Translations under genes and position numbers: made by a program | Shown: positions 17,192 to 26,861 of the stretch, piece by piece | Numbering within the stretch: the first letter of the stretch is position 1 | Layout of the letters: each line of letters opens with the position of its first letter | Virus record (IMG/VR): IMGVR_UViG_3300030376_002780 | Coordinates: 1 to 32,879 of that record | Source: a virus | Lineage: Duplodnaviria; Caudoviricetes | Length of the DNA: 32,879 bases | Reading direction: 5' to 3' (one strand) | Notes under the pieces: model-generated | Databases searched by the model: none | What the model was told of the DNA's origin: nothing | What the model saw: only the letters and a program-made list of their open reading frames with translations

Positions 17192-17944
17192 ATGGATTTA
17201 AACGCAATCAAAAACCGTCTTAATCAACTTCAAACTACATCAAATAGAACTTCAAACCTTTGGAAACCATCACCTGGTTCTCAAGTGGTTAGAATTGTAC
17301 CTTACAAATTTAATAAGGACAATCCTTTTATTGAGTTATATTTTCACTATGATTTGGGTGGAAAGAACTATCTTTCACCGATTTCATTTGGTAGACCAGA
17401 CCCAATCGAAGAGTTCGCTCAGAAATTGAAGTCTACTGGTTCAAAAGATGATTATCGTCTAGGTAGAAAAATCGAAGCCAAGATGAGAACTTATGCACCA
17501 GTTGTAGTTCGTGGTGAAGAAAATCAAGGTGTTAAATTTTGGGGATTCGGTAAAACAGTTTATCAAGAACTGCTTTCAATAATTGCCGACCCAGACTATG
17601 GTGATATTACAGATTCAGTAAATGGACGTGATGTCGTTGTAGAATTTAAAACAGCTGAAGAGACAGGTAAATCCTTTCCATCAACAAACATTAGGGTTAA
17701 ACCTAATCAAACTCCAATCACAGAAGATGCATCCGTAATGGAAACTATCAATGATACTCAGAAGAATATTACTGAGATTTATCAAGAACAGTCTTATGAT
17801 GAATTAACCACTGCTCTAAATGAGTATTTAAATGGTTCATCAGAAGAAGGTGAAGAGTCTTCAGATTCAGAAACTAGTGAAACTGCAAAGACTTTTGATA
17901 AGAAAGAAACATCAGATGCATTCGATGACTTATTCAATAGCTAA
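17192..17944 (+). CDS. Single-stranded DNA-binding protein (T4 gp32-like)
   Basis: LWKP...VRIVP, NPFIELYFH, GVKFWGFGKTVY and an acidic tail ending FDDLFNS. Confidence 0.88.
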   Translation: MDLNAIKNRLNQLQTTSNRTSNLWKPSPGSQVVRIVPYKFNKDNPFIELYFHYDLGGKNYLSPISFGRPDPIEEFAQKLKSTGSKDDYRLGRKIEAKMRTYAPVVVRGEENQGVKFWGFGKTVYQELLSIIADPDYGDITDSVNGRDVVVEFKTAEETGKSFPSTNIRVKPNQTPITEDASVMETINDTQKNITEIYQEQSYDELTTALNEYLNGSSEEGEESSDSETSETAKTFDKKETSDAFDDLFNS

Positions 17945-17954
17945 ATGAAACCCC

Positions 17955-17984
17955 GTGGGTGGTTATCTCACGACAATCACCCAC
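17955..17984 (+). other. Intergenic stem-loop without U-tract
   Basis: GTGGGTGGTT...AATCACCCAC 10-bp stem (one G-U) between SSB and UvsX. Confidence 0.6.
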
Positions 17985-18002
17985 ACTTAATTGGAGAAAA
18001 AT

Positions 18003-19097
18003 ATGTCTACAAGAGACGAATTAGCTGGTGTCTTAGCGGACACCTTAAATAAACAGTTCAAGGATATGAAAGTAGCGTACTTCTTGGATGGTACAGATAC
18101 AACACCAACCGACATAAAAGATTTTGTGTCAACTGGTTCGACAATGTTAGATTTAGCAATATCTAATAAATCTAATGGTGGTATAGCCGTTGGTAGAATC
18201 ACGGAACTAAATGGACTTGAGAGTAGTGGTAAATCATTACTTGGAGCTCATATGTTAGCCGAGACACAAAAGAAGGGTGGTGTTGCAGTCTATATAGATA
18301 CCGAAACAGCTGTTAGTACAGAGTTTCTAACTGCTATTGGTGTCGATGTAGAAAGTATGTTATATCTACACTTGGAAACAGTAGAAGATATTTTTGCAGC
18401 TATTGAAGAGATAACTGCGAAAGTTCGTGAATCAGACAAAGATAGATTGGTTACAATCTTAGTTGATTCTCTTGCAGCCGCTTCTACAAAAGTTGAGATG
18501 GAAGCCGACTTCGACAAAGATGGTTGGGCTACATCAAAGGCTATTGTAATATCGAAAGCAATGAGAAAGATAACTCAGATGATTGGTAGACAAAGAATCG
18601 CTCTTGTGTTCACAAATCAACTCAGACAAAAACTTGGTGTTATGTTTGGTGACCCGTGGACAACGAGTGGTGGTAAAGCTCTACCATTTCACGCTTCAAC
18701 TCGTATCAGATTAAAAAATACTGGCCAAATCAAAGATAAAAAGAACAATACTATCGGTATGAAGATGAAAGCTCAAGTCATTAAAAATAGACTAGGGCCT
18801 CCAATGAGACATGCTGATTTTGAACTTTACTTTGAAACTGGGATAGATGATTTCGGTAGCTGGTTAAAGGTAATGAAAGAGCATAAACTTGTTAAATCAG
18901 GTGGTGCTTGGTATACTATGAATGACCATCAAGGTAATGAACTAAAGTTTCAGTCTAAAGATTGGAATAAACAATTAGAAGACCCCGAATTTAAGGAATA
19001 CTGTTACAATATGATTTGTGAAAAAGTTGTTCTTAAATACGAGAAAAACTTTGGTATTGATGATGTTATAGTAGAAGAGGATATGAGTGAAGAATAA
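18003..19097 (+). CDS. uvsX: RecA/UvsX recombinase
   Basis: STGSTMLD, Walker A GLESSGKS, YIDTE, VDSLAA, FTNQLR, TSGGKALPFHASTR; ATG 18003 follows GGAG. Confidence 0.95.
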   Translation: MSTRDELAGVLADTLNKQFKDMKVAYFLDGTDTTPTDIKDFVSTGSTMLDLAISNKSNGGIAVGRITELNGLESSGKSLLGAHMLAETQKKGGVAVYIDTETAVSTEFLTAIGVDVESMLYLHLETVEDIFAAIEEITAKVRESDKDRLVTILVDSLAAASTKVEMEADFDKDGWATSKAIVISKAMRKITQMIGRQRIALVFTNQLRQKLGVMFGDPWTTSGGKALPFHASTRIRLKNTGQIKDKKNNTIGMKMKAQVIKNRLGPPMRHADFELYFETGIDDFGSWLKVMKEHKLVKSGGAWYTMNDHQGNELKFQSKDWNKQLEDPEFKEYCYNMICEKVVLKYEKNFGIDDVIVEEDMSEE

Positions 19098-20103
19098 GTA
19101 TCTATCTATTCTTGATGAAATCAAGAAAAAGGGTGGTTCACTTGACGACGGAAAACCCGATGATAAAGTGCTAATTGTAGATGGACTGAATACTTTTTTA
19201 AGAGTTTTTTCAGTTATACCAACTACTAACGATGATGGTATTCACGTTGGTGGAATAGTTGGTTTTCTACGAAGTTTGGGTCATACTATTAATATGTTTA
19301 GTCCCACTCGAACTATCGTTGTTTTCGATGGTAAGGGTGGGTCTACCCGTCGTCGAAAGATATATCCAGAATATAAACAAAACAGAAGAACAAAGTATCG
19401 TGTAAATCGTTCATATGATTTTGCATCACAAGAAGATGAAAAACAGAATATGATTATGCAGATACAGAGAACGGTTGAGTATTTAGATACACTCCCACTA
19501 ACTGTATTATCATATGATAACATAGAAGCTGATGATACGATTGGTTATTTGTGTAAACAAGTTTTTACACATTCAAAACAAGTTGTGGTCATGTCTACTG
19601 ATAAAGATTTTATTCAACTAACTGATGATAGAATCAAGATATGGAGTCCAACTAAAAAGAAAATCTATGACGAAGACGCTGTATTTGAAGAGTTTGGTAT
19701 AACTGCACAAAACTATATTTGGTATCGAGTTTTAGATGGTGATAAGTCAGATAACATAAATGGTGTTAGGGGACTTGGATTGAAAACTATAAGAAAAAAA
19801 TTACCGTTTTTGTGCGAAAACGAGATATGTAATATAGATAAGGTTATTGATGTTCTACCAGAATCTTCTGATATAATTGATAGAAACTATAAACTAATGC
19901 AGTTATCAGATGTAGATATATCAGGTTCAACCAAGAGTAAAATAATAGATAAAGTGAGTGAACCAATCAATCGTTTGGTAAAGTATAAATTTCAAACCAT
20001 GTTTTTAGAAGATAAACTCTATGGTGCTTTACCAAATATCGATAGTTGGTTATTGAAAACGTTTAACCAATTAAATCAATACGCTGAGAAATCGAATGAT
20101 TAG
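19087..20103 (+). CDS. 5'-3' exonuclease/flap endonuclease (T4 RNase H / Pol I 5' domain-like)
   Basis: VDGLN, VFDG, EADD, STDKD, H3TH motif GDKSDNINGVRGLG. Confidence 0.92.
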   Translation: MKNKYLSILDEIKKKGGSLDDGKPDDKVLIVDGLNTFLRVFSVIPTTNDDGIHVGGIVGFLRSLGHTINMFSPTRTIVVFDGKGGSTRRRKIYPEYKQNRRTKYRVNRSYDFASQEDEKQNMIMQIQRTVEYLDTLPLTVLSYDNIEADDTIGYLCKQVFTHSKQVVVMSTDKDFIQLTDDRIKIWSPTKKKIYDEDAVFEEFGITAQNYIWYRVLDGDKSDNINGVRGLGLKTIRKKLPFLCENEICNIDKVIDVLPESSDIIDRNYKLMQLSDVDISGSTKSKIIDKVSEPINRLVKYKFQTMFLEDKLYGALPNIDSWLLKTFNQLNQYAEKSND

Positions 20104-20497
20104 GAAAATAATACGACCCCTACTACAAGAGATATATGAAGATGATGGTTGGAAGATGTTAGTATGTTGTATGTGTGTTAATGTGACTAATAGAAAACAA
20201 GTAGATATTGTCAGAGACGAATTATTCAGTAGGTATCCAACACCTCAAGATATGATGAACGCTGAACATTCAGAACTAGTGGATATAATCAAACCATTAG
20301 GATTATACAACACAAGAGCTGAACGTTTGATAAAGATGAGTGAGGGTTACGTAAATGGTTTTAATTCAGTAGACGAGTTGTATGGTATTGGACAATATGC
20401 AAAAGACTCATGGGAAATATTTCAGAATAATAATTTAAGTGTGAAACCAACCGATAAGGTTTTACAAGAATATCTAAGACAAGAGACAAACAGATGA
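20096..20497 (+). CDS. HhH-GPD DNA glycosylase, MBD4-like
   Basis: LLQE...WKMLV...N.T, YPTP, IKPLGLYNTRA, LYGIGQYAKDSWEIF, V.P.DK.L..Y match the MBD4 glycosylase domain layout. Confidence 0.85.
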   Translation: MIRKIIRPLLQEIYEDDGWKMLVCCMCVNVTNRKQVDIVRDELFSRYPTPQDMMNAEHSELVDIIKPLGLYNTRAERLIKMSEGYVNGFNSVDELYGIGQYAKDSWEIFQNNNLSVKPTDKVLQEYLRQETNR

Positions 20498-21870
20498 GTG
20501 AAACATTAACACAATTTGGAACATCATTTCAATCTAAGATTGTAGCTTCATTATTAAGTGATATGAAGTTTCTACAGACCATTAATGATATTTTAGAACC
20601 AAAAATGTTTGATTCAGATTCTAATAAATGGTTACTTAAAGAGATTCGAAATTATTATTTTGAGTATAAAAAACAACCAACACTTGAAGTATTAAAAGTC
20701 AAACTTGAAGAGATAGATAATGATGTTTTAAAGACTGGTGTTGTAGAAAAGTTAAGAGAGACTTGGAAACATATCGAAGCTACAGATTTAGAGTTTGTTC
20801 AAAATGAGACTCTTGACTTCTGTAGAAATCAGACCTTAAAAAATGCAATACTAGAGTCTGTTAATATGTTAGAGAATAAAGATTACGATGGTATAAAATC
20901 TATTATAGATGAGGCTATGAAGGCTGGAACTACAAGAGATTTGGGACAAGATTATATCAGTTCTTTGGAACAACGATTGGAAGAGTCTTCAAGAACCACT
21001 ACACAAACACCTTGGGATATTGTTAATGATATTATGGATGGTGGATTAGGTCTTGGAGAGTTGGGTGTAATTGTTGCTCCAGCTGGTATTGGTAAGTCTT
21101 GGACACTACAAGCTATTGGTGCTGGAGCTCTAAAAGAAAATAAAACTGTGGTTCATTATACTCTTGAGTTAAACGAAAATTATGTTGGTTTACGTTATGA
21201 TTCTATCTTTACTGGAATAACCACCGCTAATATAAAGTATTATAAGGATGAAGTCAAGTCAAAGATTGAAAAGTTACCTGGTAAATTATTGATAAAGTAT
21301 TTTGCTACAAAAGCGGCTAGTGTTCAGACACTTGGAGCTCATTTAAAACAAATAGAACTTAGTGGTGTAAAACCAGATTTAGTTCTTGTTGACTATGCGG
21401 ATATTTTAATGCCAAGTGGTAATTTTTTCAAAGAAAAGAGACACGCTCTCGGTAGTATCTATGAGGATTTACGAGGATTAGCTGGTGAGTTAGAAGTTCC
21501 TATATGGACAGCTTCTCAAGCTAATCGTTCTGCTTTAGAAGAGGATGTGATTGGAGCTGATAAGGTTGCAGAAGATTATAGTAAAGTTATGACAGCTGAC
21601 TTTGTAATGAGTATGAGTAGAAAAGTAGAAGATAAGATAGCTAACACAGGTAGATTTCACGTGATTAAAAATAGATTTGGTATAGATGGTGTTACTTATC
21701 CAGCCACCATAAATACTAACATCGGTCAAATTCAAGTGTTTGAAGGTAGTAGTCAGTTTGGAAAAGATGCACAAAGTAAAATGGATAATAGTGAAGAGTT
21801 TTTGAGAAAAGAATTAGCAAATAAATATAATGATTTCAGTAATAGCAAAAATGTTGATGGATTTGAATAA
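20494..21870 (+). CDS. Replicative helicase (DnaB/gp41 superfamily 4)
   Basis: Walker A APAGIGKS, YTLEL, VDYAD, IWTASQANR, KNRFG. Confidence 0.93.
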   Translation: MSETLTQFGTSFQSKIVASLLSDMKFLQTINDILEPKMFDSDSNKWLLKEIRNYYFEYKKQPTLEVLKVKLEEIDNDVLKTGVVEKLRETWKHIEATDLEFVQNETLDFCRNQTLKNAILESVNMLENKDYDGIKSIIDEAMKAGTTRDLGQDYISSLEQRLEESSRTTTQTPWDIVNDIMDGGLGLGELGVIVAPAGIGKSWTLQAIGAGALKENKTVVHYTLELNENYVGLRYDSIFTGITTANIKYYKDEVKSKIEKLPGKLLIKYFATKAASVQTLGAHLKQIELSGVKPDLVLVDYADILMPSGNFFKEKRHALGSIYEDLRGLAGELEVPIWTASQANRSALEEDVIGADKVAEDYSKVMTADFVMSMSRKVEDKIANTGRFHVIKNRFGIDGVTYPATINTNIGQIQVFEGSSQFGKDAQSKMDNSEEFLRKELANKYNDFSNSKNVDGFE

Positions 21871-21896
21871 AATTTTAAATTATGTTGAATATATAT

Positions 21897-21905
21897 TATA
21901 TTTAT
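21897..21905 (+). promoter_or_regulatory. Putative phage promoter (TATATTTAT) upstream of RNR
   Basis: Recurrent motif in the intergenic gap. Confidence 0.45.
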
Positions 21906-21944
21906 GTGTGTTACGAGAAATAAGATTACAACGGAGTTAGGTTA

Positions 21945-23960
21945 ATGGAAAAATTTCAGTTATCAGAAAAGTTTATAGACAAGTACAAGAGGAAAAAAGC
22001 TCCTTTTGGTTTTAATGGTCTAGGTGAATTAGTTTATATGAGAACGTATTCACGAATCAAAGAAGATGGAAAAAATGAGAGATGGTGGGAAACCGTTCAA
22101 CGTGTGGTTGAAGGTACTTACACCATGCAAAAAAATTGGATTGAATCACATCAGTTAGGTTGGAACGCTTGGCAAGCTCAAAAGTCCGCTCAAGAAATGT
22201 ATGATAGAATTTTTACAATGAAGTTCTTACCACCAGGTCGTGGTTTGTGGGCTATGGGAACCGCCGTTACTGAAGAGAAAGGATTGTACGCCGCTCTTAA
22301 TAATTGTGCTTTCGTATCAACAAAAACATTGAAAGAAGATTATGCTAAACCATTTTGTTTCCTAATGGATGCAAGTATGTTAGGTGTTGGAGTTGGGTTT
22401 GATACTAAAGGTGCAGGAGAGATTATAGTTAAGGGTGTTAACAACGATAGGGATGAGGAAGTGTTTGTAATACCTGATACTCGTGAGGGTTGGGTAGAAT
22501 CACTTAAACTATTATTAGAGAGTTACTTTCATGGTACAGCTCCAGTAGGATTTGACTACAGTAAGGTTAGACCAGCAGGAGAACCAATCAAAGGATTTGG
22601 TGGAGTATCATCTGGACCAGAACCATTGGAAGAAGTTCACGGAGATATTAGAGAAGTATTGGAAAGTAATAGTGGTAGTCCAATCACAATCACAACAATC
22701 GTTGATATTATGAACCTTATAGGTAAATGTGTTGTTGCGGGTAATGTTAGAAGAACTGCAGAGATTGTATTTGGAGACCCAGATTCAGAGGAATACTTAG
22801 ATTTAAAAAATTATAAAGAAAATCCTCACAGAGAACAATATGGATGGACATCTAATAATAGTATATTTGCTGAGTTAGGTATGGATTACTCAGAAGCGGC
22901 TAAACGTATTGTGGATAATGGTGAACCAGGTTTTGCTTGGTTAGATAACATGAGACATTACTCAAGGATGAAGAATGGTGGTGATGATAAAGATTACAGA
23001 GCTATGGGTGGTAATCCTTGTTTAGAACAAACACTTGAGTCATATGAGTTGTGTTGTCTTGTAGAAACATTTCCAAATAACCACGATTCATTTGAAGATT
23101 ATGCTAAAACATTAAAGTATGCATATCTTTATGCTAAAACAGTTACACTAGGTAGAACACATTGGTCTGATACCAACAGAGTTATGTTGAGAAACAGACG
23201 AATCGGTTGTTCAGTTAGTGGTGTAGCTCAGTTTATCACAAACAAAGGTATTAATGAGTTAAGAGATTGGTTAGAAGATGGATATGATGTTATCCAAAGT
23301 TGGGATAAAATGTATTCAGATTGGTTAGCTGTACCGAAGTCAATCAAGACTACCTCAGTAAAACCAAGTGGTACAGTTTCACTATTAGCTGGAGCTACCC
23401 CAGGTTTACATTACCCTGAGTCAAGATTTTATATTAGAAGAATAAGATTGTCAAAACATTCAGATTTAATAGAACCTATGAAAAAATCAGGTTATAAGAT
23501 AGAACCTGCATTTGGTTCAGAAGATACAACTTGTGTTGTAGAAGTTCCTGTAGATGTTGGAGAGGGAATTAGAACAGCGGGAGAACTCTCTATATGGGAA
23601 CAGTTCAGTATAGCTGCATTTATGCAAAGACATTGGGCTGATAACCAAGTTAGTTGTACGGTTACATTCGACCCAGAAACTGAAGGTAATCAAATAGAAC
23701 CTTGTTTGAATTACTATCAGTATCACTTAAAAGGTATATCCTTATTACCAAGACACGATTTCGGAGCGTATCCACAGATGCCTTATGAATCAATAGACGA
23801 AGCGGAATATAACAGACAAGTTAGTAAGTTAAAGAAGTTGAGTTTTGGTGTCATTAAACAAGAAGAAGCTAACATAGAGAAATTCTGTGATGGTGATTTC
23901 TGTGATGTGGAAATTATTCCTACTCATGGTGATAATGATGACCAAGAATATGCTAATTAG
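21945..23960 (+). CDS. nrdJ: Class II (adenosylcobalamin-dependent) ribonucleotide reductase, monomeric RTPR type
   Basis: RTYSR, LPPGRGLW, LNNCAF, GNVRRTAEI, NPCLEQ, TSVKPSGT, C-terminal FCDGDFC pair; no small subunit adjacent. Confidence 0.92.
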   Translation: MEKFQLSEKFIDKYKRKKAPFGFNGLGELVYMRTYSRIKEDGKNERWWETVQRVVEGTYTMQKNWIESHQLGWNAWQAQKSAQEMYDRIFTMKFLPPGRGLWAMGTAVTEEKGLYAALNNCAFVSTKTLKEDYAKPFCFLMDASMLGVGVGFDTKGAGEIIVKGVNNDRDEEVFVIPDTREGWVESLKLLLESYFHGTAPVGFDYSKVRPAGEPIKGFGGVSSGPEPLEEVHGDIREVLESNSGSPITITTIVDIMNLIGKCVVAGNVRRTAEIVFGDPDSEEYLDLKNYKENPHREQYGWTSNNSIFAELGMDYSEAAKRIVDNGEPGFAWLDNMRHYSRMKNGGDDKDYRAMGGNPCLEQTLESYELCCLVETFPNNHDSFEDYAKTLKYAYLYAKTVTLGRTHWSDTNRVMLRNRRIGCSVSGVAQFITNKGINELRDWLEDGYDVIQSWDKMYSDWLAVPKSIKTTSVKPSGTVSLLAGATPGLHYPESRFYIRRIRLSKHSDLIEPMKKSGYKIEPAFGSEDTTCVVEVPVDVGEGIRTAGELSIWEQFSIAAFMQRHWADNQVSCTVTFDPETEGNQIEPCLNYYQYHLKGISLLPRHDFGAYPQMPYESIDEAEYNRQVSKLKKLSFGVIKQEEANIEKFCDGDFCDVEIIPTHGDNDDQEYAN

Positions 23961-23983
23961 TGAACAAAAATTCACATACCGTA

Positions 23984-24018
23984 TACAGGCAGTAGACACA
24001 CCTGTGAAAAAATGTGTC
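23984..24018 (+). ncRNA. H-type RNA pseudoknot in the leader of the TonB-dependent receptor gene
   Basis: S1 ACAGG(23985-89)/CCTGT(24001-05), L1 CAGTA, S2 GACACA(23995-24000)/TGTGTC(24013-18), L2 0 nt, L3 GAAAAAA. Confidence 0.6.
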
Positions 24019-24046
24019 GTTCATAACAATAACAAGGAGATTCGAT

Positions 24047-26815
24047 ATGAAAAGTCGTAATCTAATTGCTATGATGTTGACTCTACTAACACCGATTATG
24101 TTGTTTGGACAATCGGTAACAGGAAAAGTTACATCAGATGCAGGAGACCCATTAGCTAACGCTAATATTGTTGTAGTAGGTACTGATATGGGTACTACTT
24201 CAGATGATATGGGTGAGTTCACACTCGACCTATCAGTTGGAAACTACACAATCACAGCTACAGTTATTGGATTTAAACCTCTATCCACAGAAGTAGAAGT
24301 AGTTGAAGGTAAGGTTCAACCCGTAAACTTTGTACTTGCACTTAATGTGATAGAACTATCAGACGTTGAAGTTTTAGCTTCACGAGCTGATGAAAAAACA
24401 CCTGTTGCTTACTCGATGGTAACGAAAGAAGATATGGAAGTTCGTCTTGGTAGTCAAGATATTCCTATGGTTCTTAACACAACACCATCGGTTTATGCAA
24501 CTCAACAAGGTGGTGGTGCGGGTGATGCCCGTATCAATGTTCGTGGATTCAACCAAAGAAACGTAGCAGTTATGATTAACGGTGTACCCCAAAATGACAT
24601 GGAAAATGGTTGGGTATACTGGTCTAACTGGGACGGTGTTGGTGACGCTACTTCATCTATTCAGATGCAGAGAGGTCTATCAGCAGTTAACCTAGCTACA
24701 CCATCTATTGGTGGTACTATGAACATCATTACAGACCCTACTTCTTTTGAAAGAGGTGGTAAGTATAAACAAGAGTTTGGTGGTGGTGGTTTTCTAAAGA
24801 CCACATTAACAGCTCATACAGGTCTTATCAATGATAAACTTGCACTTAGTGGTACACTTGTTCGTAAAACTGGTAATGGTATTGTTGATAAAACTTGGAC
24901 AGACGCTTGGGCTTACTATATGGGTGCAACATACGCTATCAACGATGGTCACAGAATTGAGGCTTACATCGTTGGAGCACCACAACGTCATGGTCAGAAT
25001 CTATACAAACAAAATATCGCTACTTATTCACAAAAGTTAGCCGGTGATGTTGATGGATATGATGTCAGTGCATTTGAAGAAGGTGCTAAGTTCGAAACAG
25101 AAGGTGGTCGTACATTCAACCAAAATTGGGCTCCTGTTAGTTCAGACTATAAAGGTCAACAATATTGGTATATGTATGGAGTTGGTGGATTGTTTGATAA
25201 AGGACTACGTAACAGATATAGTTCTGATTTCTTAAATGAAAGAGAGAACTATTTCCATAAACCATTAATGAACATCAACCATTTCTTGACTATCAACGAA
25301 AAGACAAGACTAAGTTCAGTATTGTATTGGAGTGGTGGTTCTGGTGGTGGTACTGGTACATATGGTTCTTCATTCAGAGCTCCAGCTGTTGAAGGACAGA
25401 AGTGGTATAGAAGTTCACCCTGGCAATGGGATTGGAACGCAGCTATTGCAACCAATTCAGACAGAGTTGATACCAACTTTCATCCAACAGAGAATCGTTC
25501 AAAGGGTATTCTACGTAACTCAATCAATAGACAAAATACTTATGGTTTGATTTCTAAATTAAACTATGATGTATCAGACGAACTTGAAGTTCAAGTGGGT
25601 CTTGATTGGAGAACTGCAGGAATCGAACACGCTAGAGAAGTTCGTGACCTACTTGGTGGTGACTACTACGTAGATTATGCTGATGACAACGCACCTGATG
25701 GTAAAGTTGTTCGTTTAGGTGATGAAGTAGCTTATTTCAACTCAACAACGGTTGATTGGATTGGTGGATTCTTACAAGGTAACTACACAGCCGATAAACT
25801 AAATGTTTATGGTATGGGTGGATTATCAAGTATTAAGTATTCTTACCAAGACCACTTTACAGTAGCTAACGAAGTAGTTAAAGCAGACGCTATCTCAACT
25901 TTCCAAGTTAAGGGTGGTGTTACTTATGATGTAGATGACAATGTATCTGTTTTTGGTAACGCTGGATACGTTCAGAAACCACCAATTATGGATAACGTAA
26001 TCTATTATGATGGTACTGTATCTTCAGACCCAGATAATGAGAAATTCTTATCTTCTGAAGCTGGTATAAACTTCAAAACTGAAAATGTTGCTGTAAAAGT
26101 AAACGTGTATAATACCGATTGGATGGATAGAAACTTGACAAAGGCTGTGCAATCAGGTCAAGGTTCATCGGGTGATACTGATGTTATCTTCCTATCAGGT
26201 ATTAATCAAAAACATCAAGGTATGGAAATTGAAGGTTCAATGAAACTTAATGATATGATTCGTTTAGATGGAGCAGTATCATTTGGTAAGTGGAAGTTTG
26301 ATGGAGATGCTAAAGGTAACTACCAAGAAGACCAGTACAATAGTGAAGGTCAAGTCATCGGAGTTACTCAAACACCTTACAGTTACGCACTTGATGGATT
26401 AATGGTAGGTGACCAACCACAGACATCTTATGTCTTAGGTACAACACTTACACCAATCAAAGGTCTTAGACTACAAGGTATCTTTAAGATGTACGATAAG
26501 AACTACGCTGATTGGAGTCCTGATTCAAGAGAATACGATGGTACAGACGCGGGAGCTGACAGAAGTCAAGTTTGGGAAGCACCTGGGTACAATCGTTTAG
26601 ACTTACATGGTTCATATAAACTACCTAAGATTGGTGGTTATGATGTAACCATAACAGGTCATGTATTCAACGCTCTTGATGCATTATACGTACAAGACGC
26701 AGTTGATAACTCACCTTATAATGGTTTCGGTGATAAACTTCACCTACCACATAACGCAGAGGTATTCTTAGGAACACCACGTTACGCTAACATAGGGTTG
26801 ACAGTCAACTTCTAA
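24047..26815 (+). CDS. TonB-dependent outer-membrane receptor with N-terminal CarboxypepD_reg-like domain
   Basis: AAGGAGA SD then ATG 24047; signal peptide ...IMLFG|Q; VTGKVTSDAGDPLANANIVVVGT; plug TPSVY...INVRGFNQRNVAVMINGVP; beta-barrel ending IGLTVNF. Confidence 0.95.
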   Translation: MKSRNLIAMMLTLLTPIMLFGQSVTGKVTSDAGDPLANANIVVVGTDMGTTSDDMGEFTLDLSVGNYTITATVIGFKPLSTEVEVVEGKVQPVNFVLALNVIELSDVEVLASRADEKTPVAYSMVTKEDMEVRLGSQDIPMVLNTTPSVYATQQGGGAGDARINVRGFNQRNVAVMINGVPQNDMENGWVYWSNWDGVGDATSSIQMQRGLSAVNLATPSIGGTMNIITDPTSFERGGKYKQEFGGGGFLKTTLTAHTGLINDKLALSGTLVRKTGNGIVDKTWTDAWAYYMGATYAINDGHRIEAYIVGAPQRHGQNLYKQNIATYSQKLAGDVDGYDVSAFEEGAKFETEGGRTFNQNWAPVSSDYKGQQYWYMYGVGGLFDKGLRNRYSSDFLNERENYFHKPLMNINHFLTINEKTRLSSVLYWSGGSGGGTGTYGSSFRAPAVEGQKWYRSSPWQWDWNAAIATNSDRVDTNFHPTENRSKGILRNSINRQNTYGLISKLNYDVSDELEVQVGLDWRTAGIEHAREVRDLLGGDYYVDYADDNAPDGKVVRLGDEVAYFNSTTVDWIGGFLQGNYTADKLNVYGMGGLSSIKYSYQDHFTVANEVVKADAISTFQVKGGVTYDVDDNVSVFGNAGYVQKPPIMDNVIYYDGTVSSDPDNEKFLSSEAGINFKTENVAVKVNVYNTDWMDRNLTKAVQSGQGSSGDTDVIFLSGINQKHQGMEIEGSMKLNDMIRLDGAVSFGKWKFDGDAKGNYQEDQYNSEGQVIGVTQTPYSYALDGLMVGDQPQTSYVLGTTLTPIKGLRLQGIFKMYDKNYADWSPDSREYDGTDAGADRSQVWEAPGYNRLDLHGSYKLPKIGGYDVTITGHVFNALDALYVQDAVDNSPYNGFGDKLHLPHNAEVFLGTPRYANIGLTVNF

Positions 26816-26823
26816 GTAATTTT

Positions 26824-26849
26824 AGGGGGGATTAATTTCCCCCCTTTTT
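26824..26849 (+). terminator. Rho-independent terminator after the TonB-dependent receptor
   Basis: AGGGGGGA-ttaatt-TCCCCCCT followed by TTTT. Confidence 0.8.
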
Positions 26850-26861
26850 ACGGAGTATTAA

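Noticed and set aside
23958-24025. Stop-codon readthrough or frameshift from nrdJ stimulated by the pseudoknot
   Set aside because: nrdJ ends in tandem TAG TGA after a complete C-terminal Cys pair; no slippery heptamer at suitable spacing; the receptor has its own SD and signal peptide.
23961-24046. Cobalamin or TPP riboswitch upstream of the receptor
   Set aside because: No B12-box or TPP core sequences recognised, and the gap is short for a cobalamin riboswitch.
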